From Acidobacteriota bacterium (GTDB lineage: Bacteria > Acidobacteriota > Vicinamibacteria > Vicinamibacterales > 2-12-FULL-66-21), in the NCBI GenBank assembly GCA_013694845.1, contig JACDBQ010000046.1:1-49589 (forward strand): a stretch of DNA of 49,589 bases, read 5' to 3'. Each line of letters begins with the position of its first letter. Within the stretch, counting starts at the first letter, position 1. The position numbers were made by a program, and so were the translations under genes. The notes beneath the pieces are model-generated. The model made no database searches, had not been told where the DNA came from, and saw only the letters and a program-made list of their open reading frames with translations. Positions 16,350 through 25,713 of the stretch are shown here, piece after piece.

Positions 16350-17570
16350 ATGGATTCTCAACTCATCGAGCGGCTGACCAGGGAACTTGCCCTGCGCAAG
16401 CGCCTGCAGCAGGCCTTGCTTCTCTTTTCCCGAGGGGTCTCGGCCAACCTCGGGTTCGCGCCGGCGCTCGAATCACTCACGATCGACCTGACCACCGCCT
16501 TCGGCGTCCGCCGAACGTCCATCTGGATGCACGACCGTCGGGTCCGGATCCTGACACTGGCGGCGTCGTCGGACCCGCGGGAGTCCGCAACCAAGCCCAG
16601 TATCGCCTCCAACGAGGACTCGATGATCGCTCGTGGACTGCGGCTGGACGCCCCGGAGCTGTTCTCTGTCGCCGAGGCACAGTGCCTCGTCGTACCCCTG
16701 CGGGGATGGCGGCGCGCGCTGGGCACGCTGGTGATCGAAGGGGAGCCCCGGGACGTGGACTCTCCTCTCTTCATAGAGACCGGGGCTGACCTCGGACGGC
16801 AGCTGTCCATCGCGATCGAGCGCGTCCTGGTGCTCAGCGAGGTTCTGGGCGATATCAGTGAGCAGAACCAGCTGCGCAGTCGTCTCGTGCAGGCGGCAAA
16901 ACTCGCGGCGCTGGGCCAGTTCATCGCCGGGATCGCTCACGAGATCAACAATCCGCTCCAGGGTGTGCTGGGCTACGCGGAGCTGATGCTCGAAACCATC
17001 GATCCCGACAGTCCGCATCGATCCGACTTGCGGCGTATTTACCTCGAAGCCGACCGCGCCGCGGAGATCGTGCGCAACCTGCTGGTGTTCACGGGGTCAC
17101 AGCGCTCGCCTCGGAGGCCAATCGACATCCCGGCCCTGATCGGCGAGACGATCGCGATCCGGCAGGCCGCGGCAGACACGGCGCGGATCCACATCGCGCA
17201 GCTCGGCGACACGGTCCTTCCGCTCGTCCTCGGGGACGCGCTGCGCCTGCAACAGGCGTTTTTGAACATCCTGATCAACGCCGAACAGGCGATTGCGTCC
17301 GCAAGTGTACCCGGACGGATTACGATCACGCTCGCGGCGGCGACGCCCGGGCTCGTGATCCACGTGGATGACTCCGGTCCCGGGATACCTGATGACGTGA
17401 TGCCCCGGATTTTCGATCCGTTCTTCACGACGAAGGACGTTGGCCAGGGAACCGGCCTGGGCCTGGCGATCGCCTACGGAATCATTCAGGACCACAGCGG
17501 CGTGCTCACGGCAGAAAGCTCTGCTCTGGGAGGGGCGAGGTTCAGCATCCAGCTGCCCGCGGAGTGGTAA
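16350..17570 (+). CDS. sensor histidine kinase with N-terminal GAF-like domain
   Basis: 406 aa. H-box [22 protein letters not shown]. HATPase_c motifs [37 protein letters not shown]. Confidence 0.9.
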   Translation: MDSQLIERLTRELALRKRLQQALLLFSRGVSANLGFAPALESLTIDLTTAFGVRRTSIWMHDRRVRILTLAASSDPRESATKPSIASNEDSMIARGLRLDAPELFSVAEAQCLVVPLRGWRRALGTLVIEGEPRDVDSPLFIETGADLGRQLSIAIERVLVLSEVLGDISEQNQLRSRLVQAAKLAALGQFIAGIAHEINNPLQGVLGYAELMLETIDPDSPHRSDLRRIYLEADRAAEIVRNLLVFTGSQRSPRRPIDIPALIGETIAIRQAAADTARIHIAQLGDTVLPLVLGDALRLQQAFLNILINAEQAIASASVPGRITITLAAATPGLVIHVDDSGPGIPDDVMPRIFDPFFTTKDVGQGTGLGLAIAYGIIQDHSGVLTAESSALGGARFSIQLPAEW

Positions 17571-17595
17571 AGTGAACGTTCCGAGCTCCGCAGAT

Positions 17596-18186
17596 ATGGA
17601 CGACGCTTTTCTGACAACCGAAGAGGTACTCGAGTACCTCCAGGTAAACCTCCGCACGGTGTACCGCCTCATCAAGGCCGGCAAGATCCCGGCGGTCAGG
17701 GTCGGCCGTCAGTGGCGATTTCGGCGGCGGGACATCGATGCGTGGCTCGAAACTCAACGCGCTCGCGCCGGGCGGTCCGGCGCCACGTCGGCGCGTCACG
17801 CGGGCCCGGTTGGAGGACGCGCACGGGTGCTCGTCGTCGATGACGAAGAGACGATTCGGGATCTGCTCTCCAAGACGCTCGCCCTGGCCGACTACGAAGT
17901 CGATCTGGCACCCGACGGACGAACCGCGGTCGACCGCATGCGGATCATTCAATACGATCTGCTCATTACCGACCTTCGCATGCCAGGCGTCGACGGCTTG
18001 AACGTGATCCGCGAAGCGCGCCGGCTGAAGGCTGACATCCCCGTGATCATCGTGACCGGCTACTCCAGCGAAGCGAGCGCCATCGAGGCGATCAACCTGG
18101 GTGTACAGGGCTACCTCACCAAACCGTTCCGGGTCCCGCGCGTGCTCGCGGCGGCCGCAAAGGCGCTCCGCGAAGTCGCAAGTTGA
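17596..18186 (+). CDS. response regulator with N-terminal excisionase/MerR-type HTH and C-terminal receiver domain
   Basis: LTTEEVLEYLQVNLRTVYRLIKAGKIPAVRVGRQWRFRRRDIDAWL, then RVLVVDDEETIRDLL...DLLITDLRMPGVDG...GYLTKPF. Alternative GTG start at 17572. The track ORF from 17440 overlaps the kinase gene. Confidence 0.85.
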   Translation: MDDAFLTTEEVLEYLQVNLRTVYRLIKAGKIPAVRVGRQWRFRRRDIDAWLETQRARAGRSGATSARHAGPVGGRARVLVVDDEETIRDLLSKTLALADYEVDLAPDGRTAVDRMRIIQYDLLITDLRMPGVDGLNVIREARRLKADIPVIIVTGYSSEASAIEAINLGVQGYLTKPFRVPRVLAAAAKALREVAS

Positions 18187-20279
18187 TCCAGCTCGTTTCC
18201 CTCAGCAAATCTTTTGGCGGGCGCGTCCTGCTCGACTCGGTGAGTTGGCAGATCGACGATCGCGAGCGCGTCGGCCTCAGCGGACCCAACGGCGCGGGCA
18301 AGACGACCCTGCTCAAAATGCTCGCAGGATTCGAGGAGTCCGACGCCGGGTCCATCGTCAAGCCGGCCGGCCTGACCGTCGGATACCTGCCGCAGGACGG
18401 CCTCAACCACAGCGGACGGACGCTGATCGAGGAGGCGGGCCTCGCCTTCAAGCCGCTACTCGACATGCGTGACGAAATCAGCACGCTCGAGGAGAAGCTG
18501 GGGGAAGAGAATCCAGAAGAGGCACACGCCGCGATGCTCGAGCGCTACAGCGACCTTCAGGACACATTCCGCCGCCGCGAGGGTTACAGCATCGACCTGA
18601 AGATCACGACCGTGCTCCGTGGTCTGGGCTTCACCCCCGACGATCTCCACAAGCGGTCCGAAACATTTTCGGGTGGGTGGCAGATGCGCATCGCGCTCGC
18701 CAAACTTCTCCTCGGCCGGCCGGGCCTGCTCCTGCTGGACGAGCCAACCAACCACCTGGATCTCGAGGCGAGGAACTGGCTCGAAGAGTACCTGGCCGAC
18801 TACCCTCATGCCGTCATCCTGGTCTCACACGACCGCTTCTTCCTGGATGCCGTGGTCACCCGGATCACCGAAATCGGCTTGCGCAGACTGACCGATTACA
18901 CGGGGAACTACACCGATTACCTGCAGGAGCGCGAGGCGCGCATGGAGCGTCTCCGGCAGATGAAACGGGACCAGGACGAGGAAGTCGAGCGGATGCAGGC
19001 CTTCATCAACCGATTCCGGTACCAGGCCACCAAGGCGGCCCAGGTGCAGAGCCGGATCAAGATGCTCGACAAGGTCGTGCCGATCGAGATCCCGCCCGAG
19101 CGGAAACGTGTCCGCTTCACCTTCCCGGCGTGCGCCCGTAGCGGGCGGATGGTGCTCGAGCTCAAAAACATCCGGAAGGCCTACGACCGCCGCGCGGTCC
19201 TCGATGGCGTGAACGCGCACATCGAGCGCGGCGATCGCATCGCTCTCATCGGTCCCAATGGCGCCGGCAAGTCGACGATGATGCGGATGCTCTCGGGAGT
19301 CGAGCCGCCCGATTCGGGTACCCGGACCGAAGGGCACCAGGTGATCACGCAGTACTTCGCGCAGGACGAAGCGACCCGGCTCGACCCGACGCGCACGGTA
19401 TACCAGATTCTCGCCGGGGATGCGCCCCTCCAGATGGTCCCGCACATCCGCAACATCCTCGGCGGCTTTCTCTTCTCGGGGGACGACGTCGAAAAGCCGG
19501 TGAGAGTGCTGTCGGGCGGAGAGCGTACGCGGCTCGCGGTCGCACGGATGCTGCTGCGCCCGTCCAACACGTTGGTGCTCGACGAGCCAACCAACCACCT
19601 GGACCTCGACTCCAAGGACGTTTTGCTTGAAGCGCTAGAGGACTTCGGGGGCACGTTGATCTTCGTCTCGCACGACCGGTACTTCGTCGACAACCTCGCC
19701 ACCAAAGTGATCGAGATCGGCGGGGGCCAGGCGCTCCTCTACCCCGGCAACTACGAAGAGTTCCTCTGGAGCCGAAAGCACGCTGCCAGTTCCCAGCTTC
19801 CAGCGTCCAGCTCCGACCGTTCGGCGGCCACCGCTCGGGTGTCCTCGAAGCCCGACGTCGCCACTCGCAAGCGAGAAGTTCGAGGCGGGAAACAGAATCC
19901 TGGAGACAGGCCAGAACCAGCAAGCGCGCCGCTGGAAGCTGGAAGCCGGGCGGTACAACCTGGAGCCGGGAAGCTGGAAGCTGGCAGCGGGAAGCTGGAA
20001 GCTGAAAAGCAGCCCACTTACGACGATCGAAAGCGCCAGGAAGCCGAGGCGCGGAAGGAGCGCAAGGCGGAAGGCGCCCGGCGCCGCCGGGTGGATGAGC
20101 TCGAGGCCCGCATCGCCGAACGCGAGGCCGAGGTGAAGGCAATCGAGGCCCGGATGACGGCAAAGGGCTTCTACGACAACCACGACACGGCCAAGCCAGT
20201 CATCGACCGCCACCAGGCGCTCATGTGGGAGGTCGGCGACCTGATGGCACAGTGGGAGGCATTGCAGCACGGCGGCTGA
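18183..20279 (+). CDS. ABC-F family ATPase (two ABC domains, coiled-coil C-terminal domain) with an expanded linker
   Basis: 698 aa, TTG start overlapping the upstream stop. Two Walker A motifs (GPNGAGKTT, GPNGAGKST), two signature motifs (FSGGWQMR, LSGGERTR) and no TM domain. C-terminal KRQEAEARKERKAEG...coiled coil. Confidence 0.92.
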   Translation: MIQLVSLSKSFGGRVLLDSVSWQIDDRERVGLSGPNGAGKTTLLKMLAGFEESDAGSIVKPAGLTVGYLPQDGLNHSGRTLIEEAGLAFKPLLDMRDEISTLEEKLGEENPEEAHAAMLERYSDLQDTFRRREGYSIDLKITTVLRGLGFTPDDLHKRSETFSGGWQMRIALAKLLLGRPGLLLLDEPTNHLDLEARNWLEEYLADYPHAVILVSHDRFFLDAVVTRITEIGLRRLTDYTGNYTDYLQEREARMERLRQMKRDQDEEVERMQAFINRFRYQATKAAQVQSRIKMLDKVVPIEIPPERKRVRFTFPACARSGRMVLELKNIRKAYDRRAVLDGVNAHIERGDRIALIGPNGAGKSTMMRMLSGVEPPDSGTRTEGHQVITQYFAQDEATRLDPTRTVYQILAGDAPLQMVPHIRNILGGFLFSGDDVEKPVRVLSGGERTRLAVARMLLRPSNTLVLDEPTNHLDLDSKDVLLEALEDFGGTLIFVSHDRYFVDNLATKVIEIGGGQALLYPGNYEEFLWSRKHAASSQLPASSSDRSAATARVSSKPDVATRKREVRGGKQNPGDRPEPASAPLEAGSRAVQPGAGKLEAGSGKLEAEKQPTYDDRKRQEAEARKERKAEGARRRRVDELEARIAEREAEVKAIEARMTAKGFYDNHDTAKPVIDRHQALMWEVGDLMAQWEALQHGG
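19782..19816. repeat. heptamer array inside the ABC-F CDS (TTCCAGC polarity), 5 units
   Basis: GCTGCCA GTTCCCA GCTTCCA GCGTCCA GCTCCGA. Translated in frame as AASSQLPASSSDR. Confidence 0.75.
19931..20007. repeat. heptamer array inside the ABC-F CDS (GCTGGAA polarity), 11 in-phase units
   Basis: GCTGGAA GCTGGAA GCCGGGC GGTACAA CCTGGAG CCGGGAA GCTGGAA GCTGGCA GCGGGAA GCTGGAA GCTGAAA. It has the opposite polarity to 19782-19816. Translated as LEAGSRAVQPGAGKLEAGSGKLEAEK. Confidence 0.8.
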
Positions 20280-20294
20280 TAGCGAGTGCCGCGG

Positions 20295-20362
20295 CTTCGG
20301 CAACTTCTCGACCTTCCCGCTTCCCCGATCTTCGGCGACTTCTCGACCTTCGTGCTTCCCCG
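20295..20362. repeat. two tandem 35-nt (5 x 7) copies just after the ABC-F stop
   Basis: CTTCGGCAACTTCTCGACCTTCCCGCTTCCCCG (20295-20327) and CTTCGGCGACTTCTCGACCTTCGTGCTTCCCCG (20330-20362), period 35. The word GACCTTCGTG also occurs near 6365. Confidence 0.8.
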
Positions 20363-20474
20363 TCACCTCTAACGTTTTTGTAATCTCCCGCCGAAACTGT
20401 CACTGTCGCGGCTGGGCTGAGTACAGAATCGTTTGAGTTACGGCCTGAATTGAGGCGGCGCCGGCCTGGAGGCG

Positions 20475-20490
20475 GGGCACACCCTTTGCG
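20475..20490 (+). promoter_or_regulatory. sigma54-type promoter (GGGCACA-N4-TTGCG) in front of the NtrB/NtrC-like operon
   Basis: GG at 20476-77 and GC at 20488-89, exactly 10 nt apart. The GGCAC and TTGC cores are intact. About 30 nt upstream of ATG 20520. Confidence 0.5.
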
Positions 20491-20519
20491 CTGGGGAACG
20501 AGCCACGCCTATTACACAA

Positions 20520-21722
20520 ATGGAACCAACCTCGAGTCCCAAGCGCACCCGGAAAGCGGAAGCTCCACAAGGATCCCGGCGTCCGGTCGTGCGTCCCGAC
20601 GTGGATGGCGATCCGTCGCTCCACGCGGTCGCTGAGACTTTCTACCGCGACCTGGTGTGGAACCTTCGGAACGGCGTGCTGGCCGTTACCCTCGACGGCC
20701 GCATTGCGGTCATGAACGAGGTCGCCTACCGGATCTTCGGTCTGGATCCACAAGCCTCCGACATCGGACGTCCGTACGAGGAGGTCCTGAAGGACCTGCC
20801 CGACGTAACCCGAATCATCGCGGGCGCCTTCGAGCTTTCTCACCTGCCGAATCGCGCCGAGCTGCGGCTCAGACGGACCAATAGAGTCATCGGCTACACG
20901 CTTTCGCAGGTGCGCGACGCGAGCGGCCGCGTCACCGGGGCCACACTGTTCTTCAAGGACCTGACCCGCGTCGAGCAGCTCGAAGAACGGGAGCGGCTGC
21001 GGGATCGGCTCGCGGCGCTGGGCGAGATGGCTGCCGTGATCGCCCACGAAGTCAAGAATCCGCTTGCCGGGATCGAGGTGATGGCCGGCCTGCTGAAGCG
21101 GCAGCTCGCCGACAACCAGGATGCGCTCTCGATCCTCAGCGACATCATCAAGGAAGCGAAGATGGCCAACGCCATCGTGATCGAGGTGCTCGACTTCGTG
21201 CGCCCGATCCGGCTTCAGGTCGAACACATCGCGCTTGCCGATGTCGTGCGCGACGCGGTGTCGATGGCCGACAGCCACAAGCGGCGTGGGGGGATACAGG
21301 TGTCACTGGCGGTGCCCGATGATCTGCCCTACATCCAGGGAGACCCGCACCAGCTGCGGCAGATTTTCACCAACCTGCTGACCAACGCCTTCGAGGCGAT
21401 GAACGGCCTCGGCCAGGTCCGCATCTCCGCCACCCAGCTTGCCACCGAGGAGGAAGTGGCCGTCGGCAGCGACGTGAAAGCCGTGCCGATGGTCCAGCTG
21501 GAAGTGGCCGACGACGGTCCGGGCGTCTCGCCGGACCTCATGGACAAGATGTTCAGCCCGTTCTTCACGACCAAGCCTCAGGGATCCGGGCTGGGTCTGG
21601 CCATCGTACGGAAGATCGTCGATGCGCACGACGGCCGGATCGACGTGAGTGCCCGGCCCGAAGGGGGCGTGCGCTTCCGGGTGACGATACCAGTCACTGG
21701 TAATCACGAGTTGTTTCGGTAG
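20520..21722 (+). CDS. PAS-domain sensor histidine kinase (NtrB/AtoS-like)
   Basis: 400 aa. PAS-like NGVLAVTLDGRIAVMNEVAYRIFGL. H-box LGEMAAVIAHEVKNPLAGI. HATPase_c motifs NLLTNAFEAM, DDGPGV, FFTTKPQGSGLGLAIVRK. Confidence 0.9.
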   Translation: MEPTSSPKRTRKAEAPQGSRRPVVRPDVDGDPSLHAVAETFYRDLVWNLRNGVLAVTLDGRIAVMNEVAYRIFGLDPQASDIGRPYEEVLKDLPDVTRIIAGAFELSHLPNRAELRLRRTNRVIGYTLSQVRDASGRVTGATLFFKDLTRVEQLEERERLRDRLAALGEMAAVIAHEVKNPLAGIEVMAGLLKRQLADNQDALSILSDIIKEAKMANAIVIEVLDFVRPIRLQVEHIALADVVRDAVSMADSHKRRGGIQVSLAVPDDLPYIQGDPHQLRQIFTNLLTNAFEAMNGLGQVRISATQLATEEEVAVGSDVKAVPMVQLEVADDGPGVSPDLMDKMFSPFFTTKPQGSGLGLAIVRKIVDAHDGRIDVSARPEGGVRFRVTIPVTGNHELFR

Positions 21723-21744
21723 AGCACAGCGCCTGCGAGCGAGG

Positions 21745-21797
21745 GCGCGCGGGGGTGGGGCCCCGCGCGCATTGATAAAAAATGCACACGCATTTTT
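21745..21797 (+). terminator. GC-rich hairpin (GCGCGCGGGG..CCCCGCGCGC) followed by an A6TGC-ACAC-GCAT5 hairpin with a T-run
   Basis: 10-bp GC stem at 21745-54 / 21761-70, containing the reverse copy of the 20-nt word. A second 8-bp stem at 21778-85 / 21790-97 ends in TTTTT. Lies between the kinase and the sigma54 activator gene. Confidence 0.4.
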
Positions 21798-21814
21798 GTG
21801 GTTTCGAAAGGTAG

Positions 21815-23239
<1,425 letters not shown>

Positions 23240-23256
23240 TGGCTGGTCGCACTAGC

Positions 23257-23298
23257 GATTACCAATTACCGATCAGGGATCAGGGATTAGCGATCGCA
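23257..23298. repeat. heptanucleotide tandem array, 6 units (GAT-type)
   Basis: GATTACC AATTACC GATCAGG GATCAGG GATTAGC GATCGCA. It fills most of the 62-bp gap between the convergent ntrC-like and xerC genes. Confidence 0.85.
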
Positions 23299-23301
23299 AG
23301 T

Positions 23302-24240
23302 TCAGGCTTTTGGATGCGCCTTCTTGTATGCGTCCATCAGCTGTGCCGCGTTCACGTGGGTGTAACGCTGGGTGGTGCTGAGCCGGGCGTGGCCCAGCAG
23401 CTCCTGAATCGCCCTGAGGTCGGCGCCTCGCTGCAGCAGGTGCGTCGCGAACGAGTGGCGCAGCGCGTGCGGGCTGATCCCGAAGCGCGAACTGCAGGCC
23501 GAGACGTACTTCCGCACCAGCCGGTCGACACTGCGGGTCGATAGACGTCCTCCGGCGTAATTGAGAAACATGGGAGTGCTTTTCTTGCGGCTCCCCTTCC
23601 GGGCACCGCGCGCGGCCTCCTGTGCGACAGCCGCCAGCCCCTCCCAGTCCTTCAGCCACGCTCGCACGGCGCTTTCGGTCGACCGGTTGAATGGGACCAG
23701 GCGTTCTTTGCGCCCTTTACCAAGCACTCGGACGATCCGGCTCGAGAGGTTGACGTCGTCGACGTCGAGGCCCACGAGTTCGCTGAGCCGGAGGCCTGAG
23801 GCATAAAAGAGCTCCAGGATCGCGCGATCGCGACGGCCCAGCGGATGCGTTGCGTCCGGCATCTCGAGCAGGCGGGTCATCTCGGCTTCGCCGAGGTGCG
23901 CCGGCAGCCGTTGTTCGCGCTTCGGCGTCCCGACCAGGGCAGACGGGTCGTCGTCCAGGACCCCTTCGCGCCGCATGTATCGCGAGAACGTCCTGATGGC
24001 GGCCAGCTTTCTCGCGGCCGACGACCTGGAGATCGAGCGCTTCTGGAGATCGCCGAGAAAGGCGCGGATGCTGAGATGGGTGAAGTCCTCTGGCCTGAGA
24101 TCCATCCGCTTGCGGCCGTTCCGCGCGGCGACGAACGTGACGAACTGGGAGAGGTCGCTCTCGTAGGCGCGGACGGTGTGCCGCGAGGCGTTCTCGTTCA
24201 GCAGCAGGTGTTCAAGGAATTCGCTGAGCTGTTCTTGCAT
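23302..24240 (-). CDS. xerC: tyrosine recombinase XerC/XerD (CodV-like)
   Basis: Starts at MQEQLSEFLEHLLLNENASRHTVRAYESDLSQF. Catalytic motifs ELFYASGLRLSELVGL, HALRHSFATHLL, LLGHARLSTTQRYTH. The longer track ORF (to 24477) overlaps trmFO. Confidence 0.92.
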   Translation of the reverse strand: MQEQLSEFLEHLLLNENASRHTVRAYESDLSQFVTFVAARNGRKRMDLRPEDFTHLSIRAFLGDLQKRSISRSSAARKLAAIRTFSRYMRREGVLDDDPSALVGTPKREQRLPAHLGEAEMTRLLEMPDATHPLGRRDRAILELFYASGLRLSELVGLDVDDVNLSSRIVRVLGKGRKERLVPFNRSTESAVRAWLKDWEGLAAVAQEAARGARKGSRKKSTPMFLNYAGGRLSTRSVDRLVRKYVSACSSRFGISPHALRHSFATHLLQRGADLRAIQELLGHARLSTTQRYTHVNAAQLMDAYKKAHPKA

Positions 24241-25702
24241 CGTGGATCGCCAGCCAGCCGTCCAGATCGGCGAGCGCCCGGCGGGACAGCCGCTCGTTCC
24301 GCTCGGCTTTCTTCTTCGGCACTCGAGGGCCGCCAGGCTCGCGCACGAGCGGCGGGATGATGCCGAACGTGATGTTGCTCGGCTGATAGTGTTTCGGCTC
24401 GGCGTGCGAGACGTAATAGCCCAGCGCGCCGATGGCCGTCGTCCGCGGCGGCTCCGAGGGTGCGCGTCCCTGGGCAATGGCGGCCGCGTTGCGTCCGGCG
24501 ATCAGTCCCGACGCGGCTGACTCCACGTAGCCTTCGACGCCGGAGATCTGTCCCGCGAAGAACAAGTTGTCGCGACCGTGCATCTGCCACGTGCCGCGCA
24601 GCATCGTCGGTCCGTTGATGTAGGTGTTGCGGTGGATCATGCCGAACCGGACGAATTCCGCGTTCTCGAGACCGGGAATCAGCGGCAGCACACGCGCCTG
24701 CTCCCCCCATTTCATCTGGGTCTGGAATCCTACGAGGCTGTAGTGGGACGCTGCTAGATTGTCCTGGCGCAACTGGACGATCGCGTAGGCATCGCGTCCG
24801 GTACGCGGATCCGGGAGGCCGACCGGCTTCATGGGTCCGAACCGCAGGGTGTCGACGCCGCGTGACGCCATGACTTCGATCGGCAGGCATCCTTCGAAGA
24901 ACCTGGGATCGTCGAATTCGTGCAGCGGCGCCTTCGCTGCACTCATCAGCGCTTCATAGAACCGCCGGTACTCGTCCGCCGTGAACGGACAGTTCAAATA
25001 GTCCCCTTCCCCATCGTCTGTTCCGCAAGCCGGGCCCGCAGGGGGCCAGGCCCCGTCCCGGTCAACTGTTGCATCCATTCCACTTACGTCTATCTCTTCT
25101 GTAGGACCCGCAGCAACGGGGACAGGCCCCCTCAGGCTTCGGGACCATCGGGATGCGCGGAAGACTTTGGTGCGATCGATGCTGTCGGCCAGGACGATGG
25201 GGCTGATCGCGTCGTAGAAATACAGGTGGGCGGCGCCCACAAGAGACGCGATGTCGGCGGATAGCGAGTCGGACGTCAGAGGACCCGTCGCGATGACCAG
25301 CGGGCCGTCCACGGACGGAATCCGCGGCACCTCTTCGCGGTGGAGGATGATCAATGGATGCGATTCGATGACGCGGGTGACTTCGGCCGAAAACTTCTGT
25401 CGGTCGACGGCGAGCGCCGCTCCGGCAGGGACCCGTGCGATGTCCGCCGCTCGCATCACCAGTGAATTGAGGCGCCGCATCTCCTCTTTCAGGAGACCGA
25501 CGGCATTATCGAGCTTGTCGCCGCGGAACGAGTTGCTGCAAACCAGTTCCGCAAGCCCGTCAGTCTGATGGACCGCGGTTGGCCGAACCGGTCGCATCTC
25601 GTAAAGGGTTACGGGAACCCCTGTGGACGCAGCCTGCCAGGCGGCCTCGCTGCCAGCCAGTCCACCACCAACGATATGTATGCGGGTCACGGTTGGAAGC
25701 AC
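24212..25702 (-). CDS. trmFO: methylenetetrahydrofolate--tRNA-(uracil-5)-methyltransferase TrmFO (Gid)
   Basis: IHIVGGGLAGSEAAWQ FAD motif, LVCSNSFRGD, YLNCP, FFAGQISGVEGYVESAASG. The start is uncertain: GTG at 25702 or 25690. The track ATG at 25753 would overlap topA. Confidence 0.9.
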   Translation of the reverse strand: MLPTVTRIHIVGGGLAGSEAAWQAASTGVPVTLYEMRPVRPTAVHQTDGLAELVCSNSFRGDKLDNAVGLLKEEMRRLNSLVMRAADIARVPAGAALAVDRQKFSAEVTRVIESHPLIILHREEVPRIPSVDGPLVIATGPLTSDSLSADIASLVGAAHLYFYDAISPIVLADSIDRTKVFRASRWSRSLRGPVPVAAGPTEEIDVSGMDATVDRDGAWPPAGPACGTDDGEGDYLNCPFTADEYRRFYEALMSAAKAPLHEFDDPRFFEGCLPIEVMASRGVDTLRFGPMKPVGLPDPRTGRDAYAIVQLRQDNLAASHYSLVGFQTQMKWGEQARVLPLIPGLENAEFVRFGMIHRNTYINGPTMLRGTWQMHGRDNLFFAGQISGVEGYVESAASGLIAGRNAAAIAQGRAPSEPPRTTAIGALGYYVSHAEPKHYQPSNITFGIIPPLVREPGGPRVPKKKAERNERLSRRALADLDGWLAIHDARTAQRIP

Positions 25703-25713
25703 CCGGAGCACGG

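Noticed and set aside
20486-20515. Sigma70-type TTGCGC-N18-TATTAC promoter for the PAS kinase
   Set aside because: It overlaps the better-fitting sigma54 element, and the -10 lies only 5 nt from the ATG. It is kept only as a weak alternative.
20400-21278. 292-aa minus-strand ORF
   Set aside because: It is antisense to the PAS histidine kinase, which has H-box and HATPase motifs. No motifs of its own.
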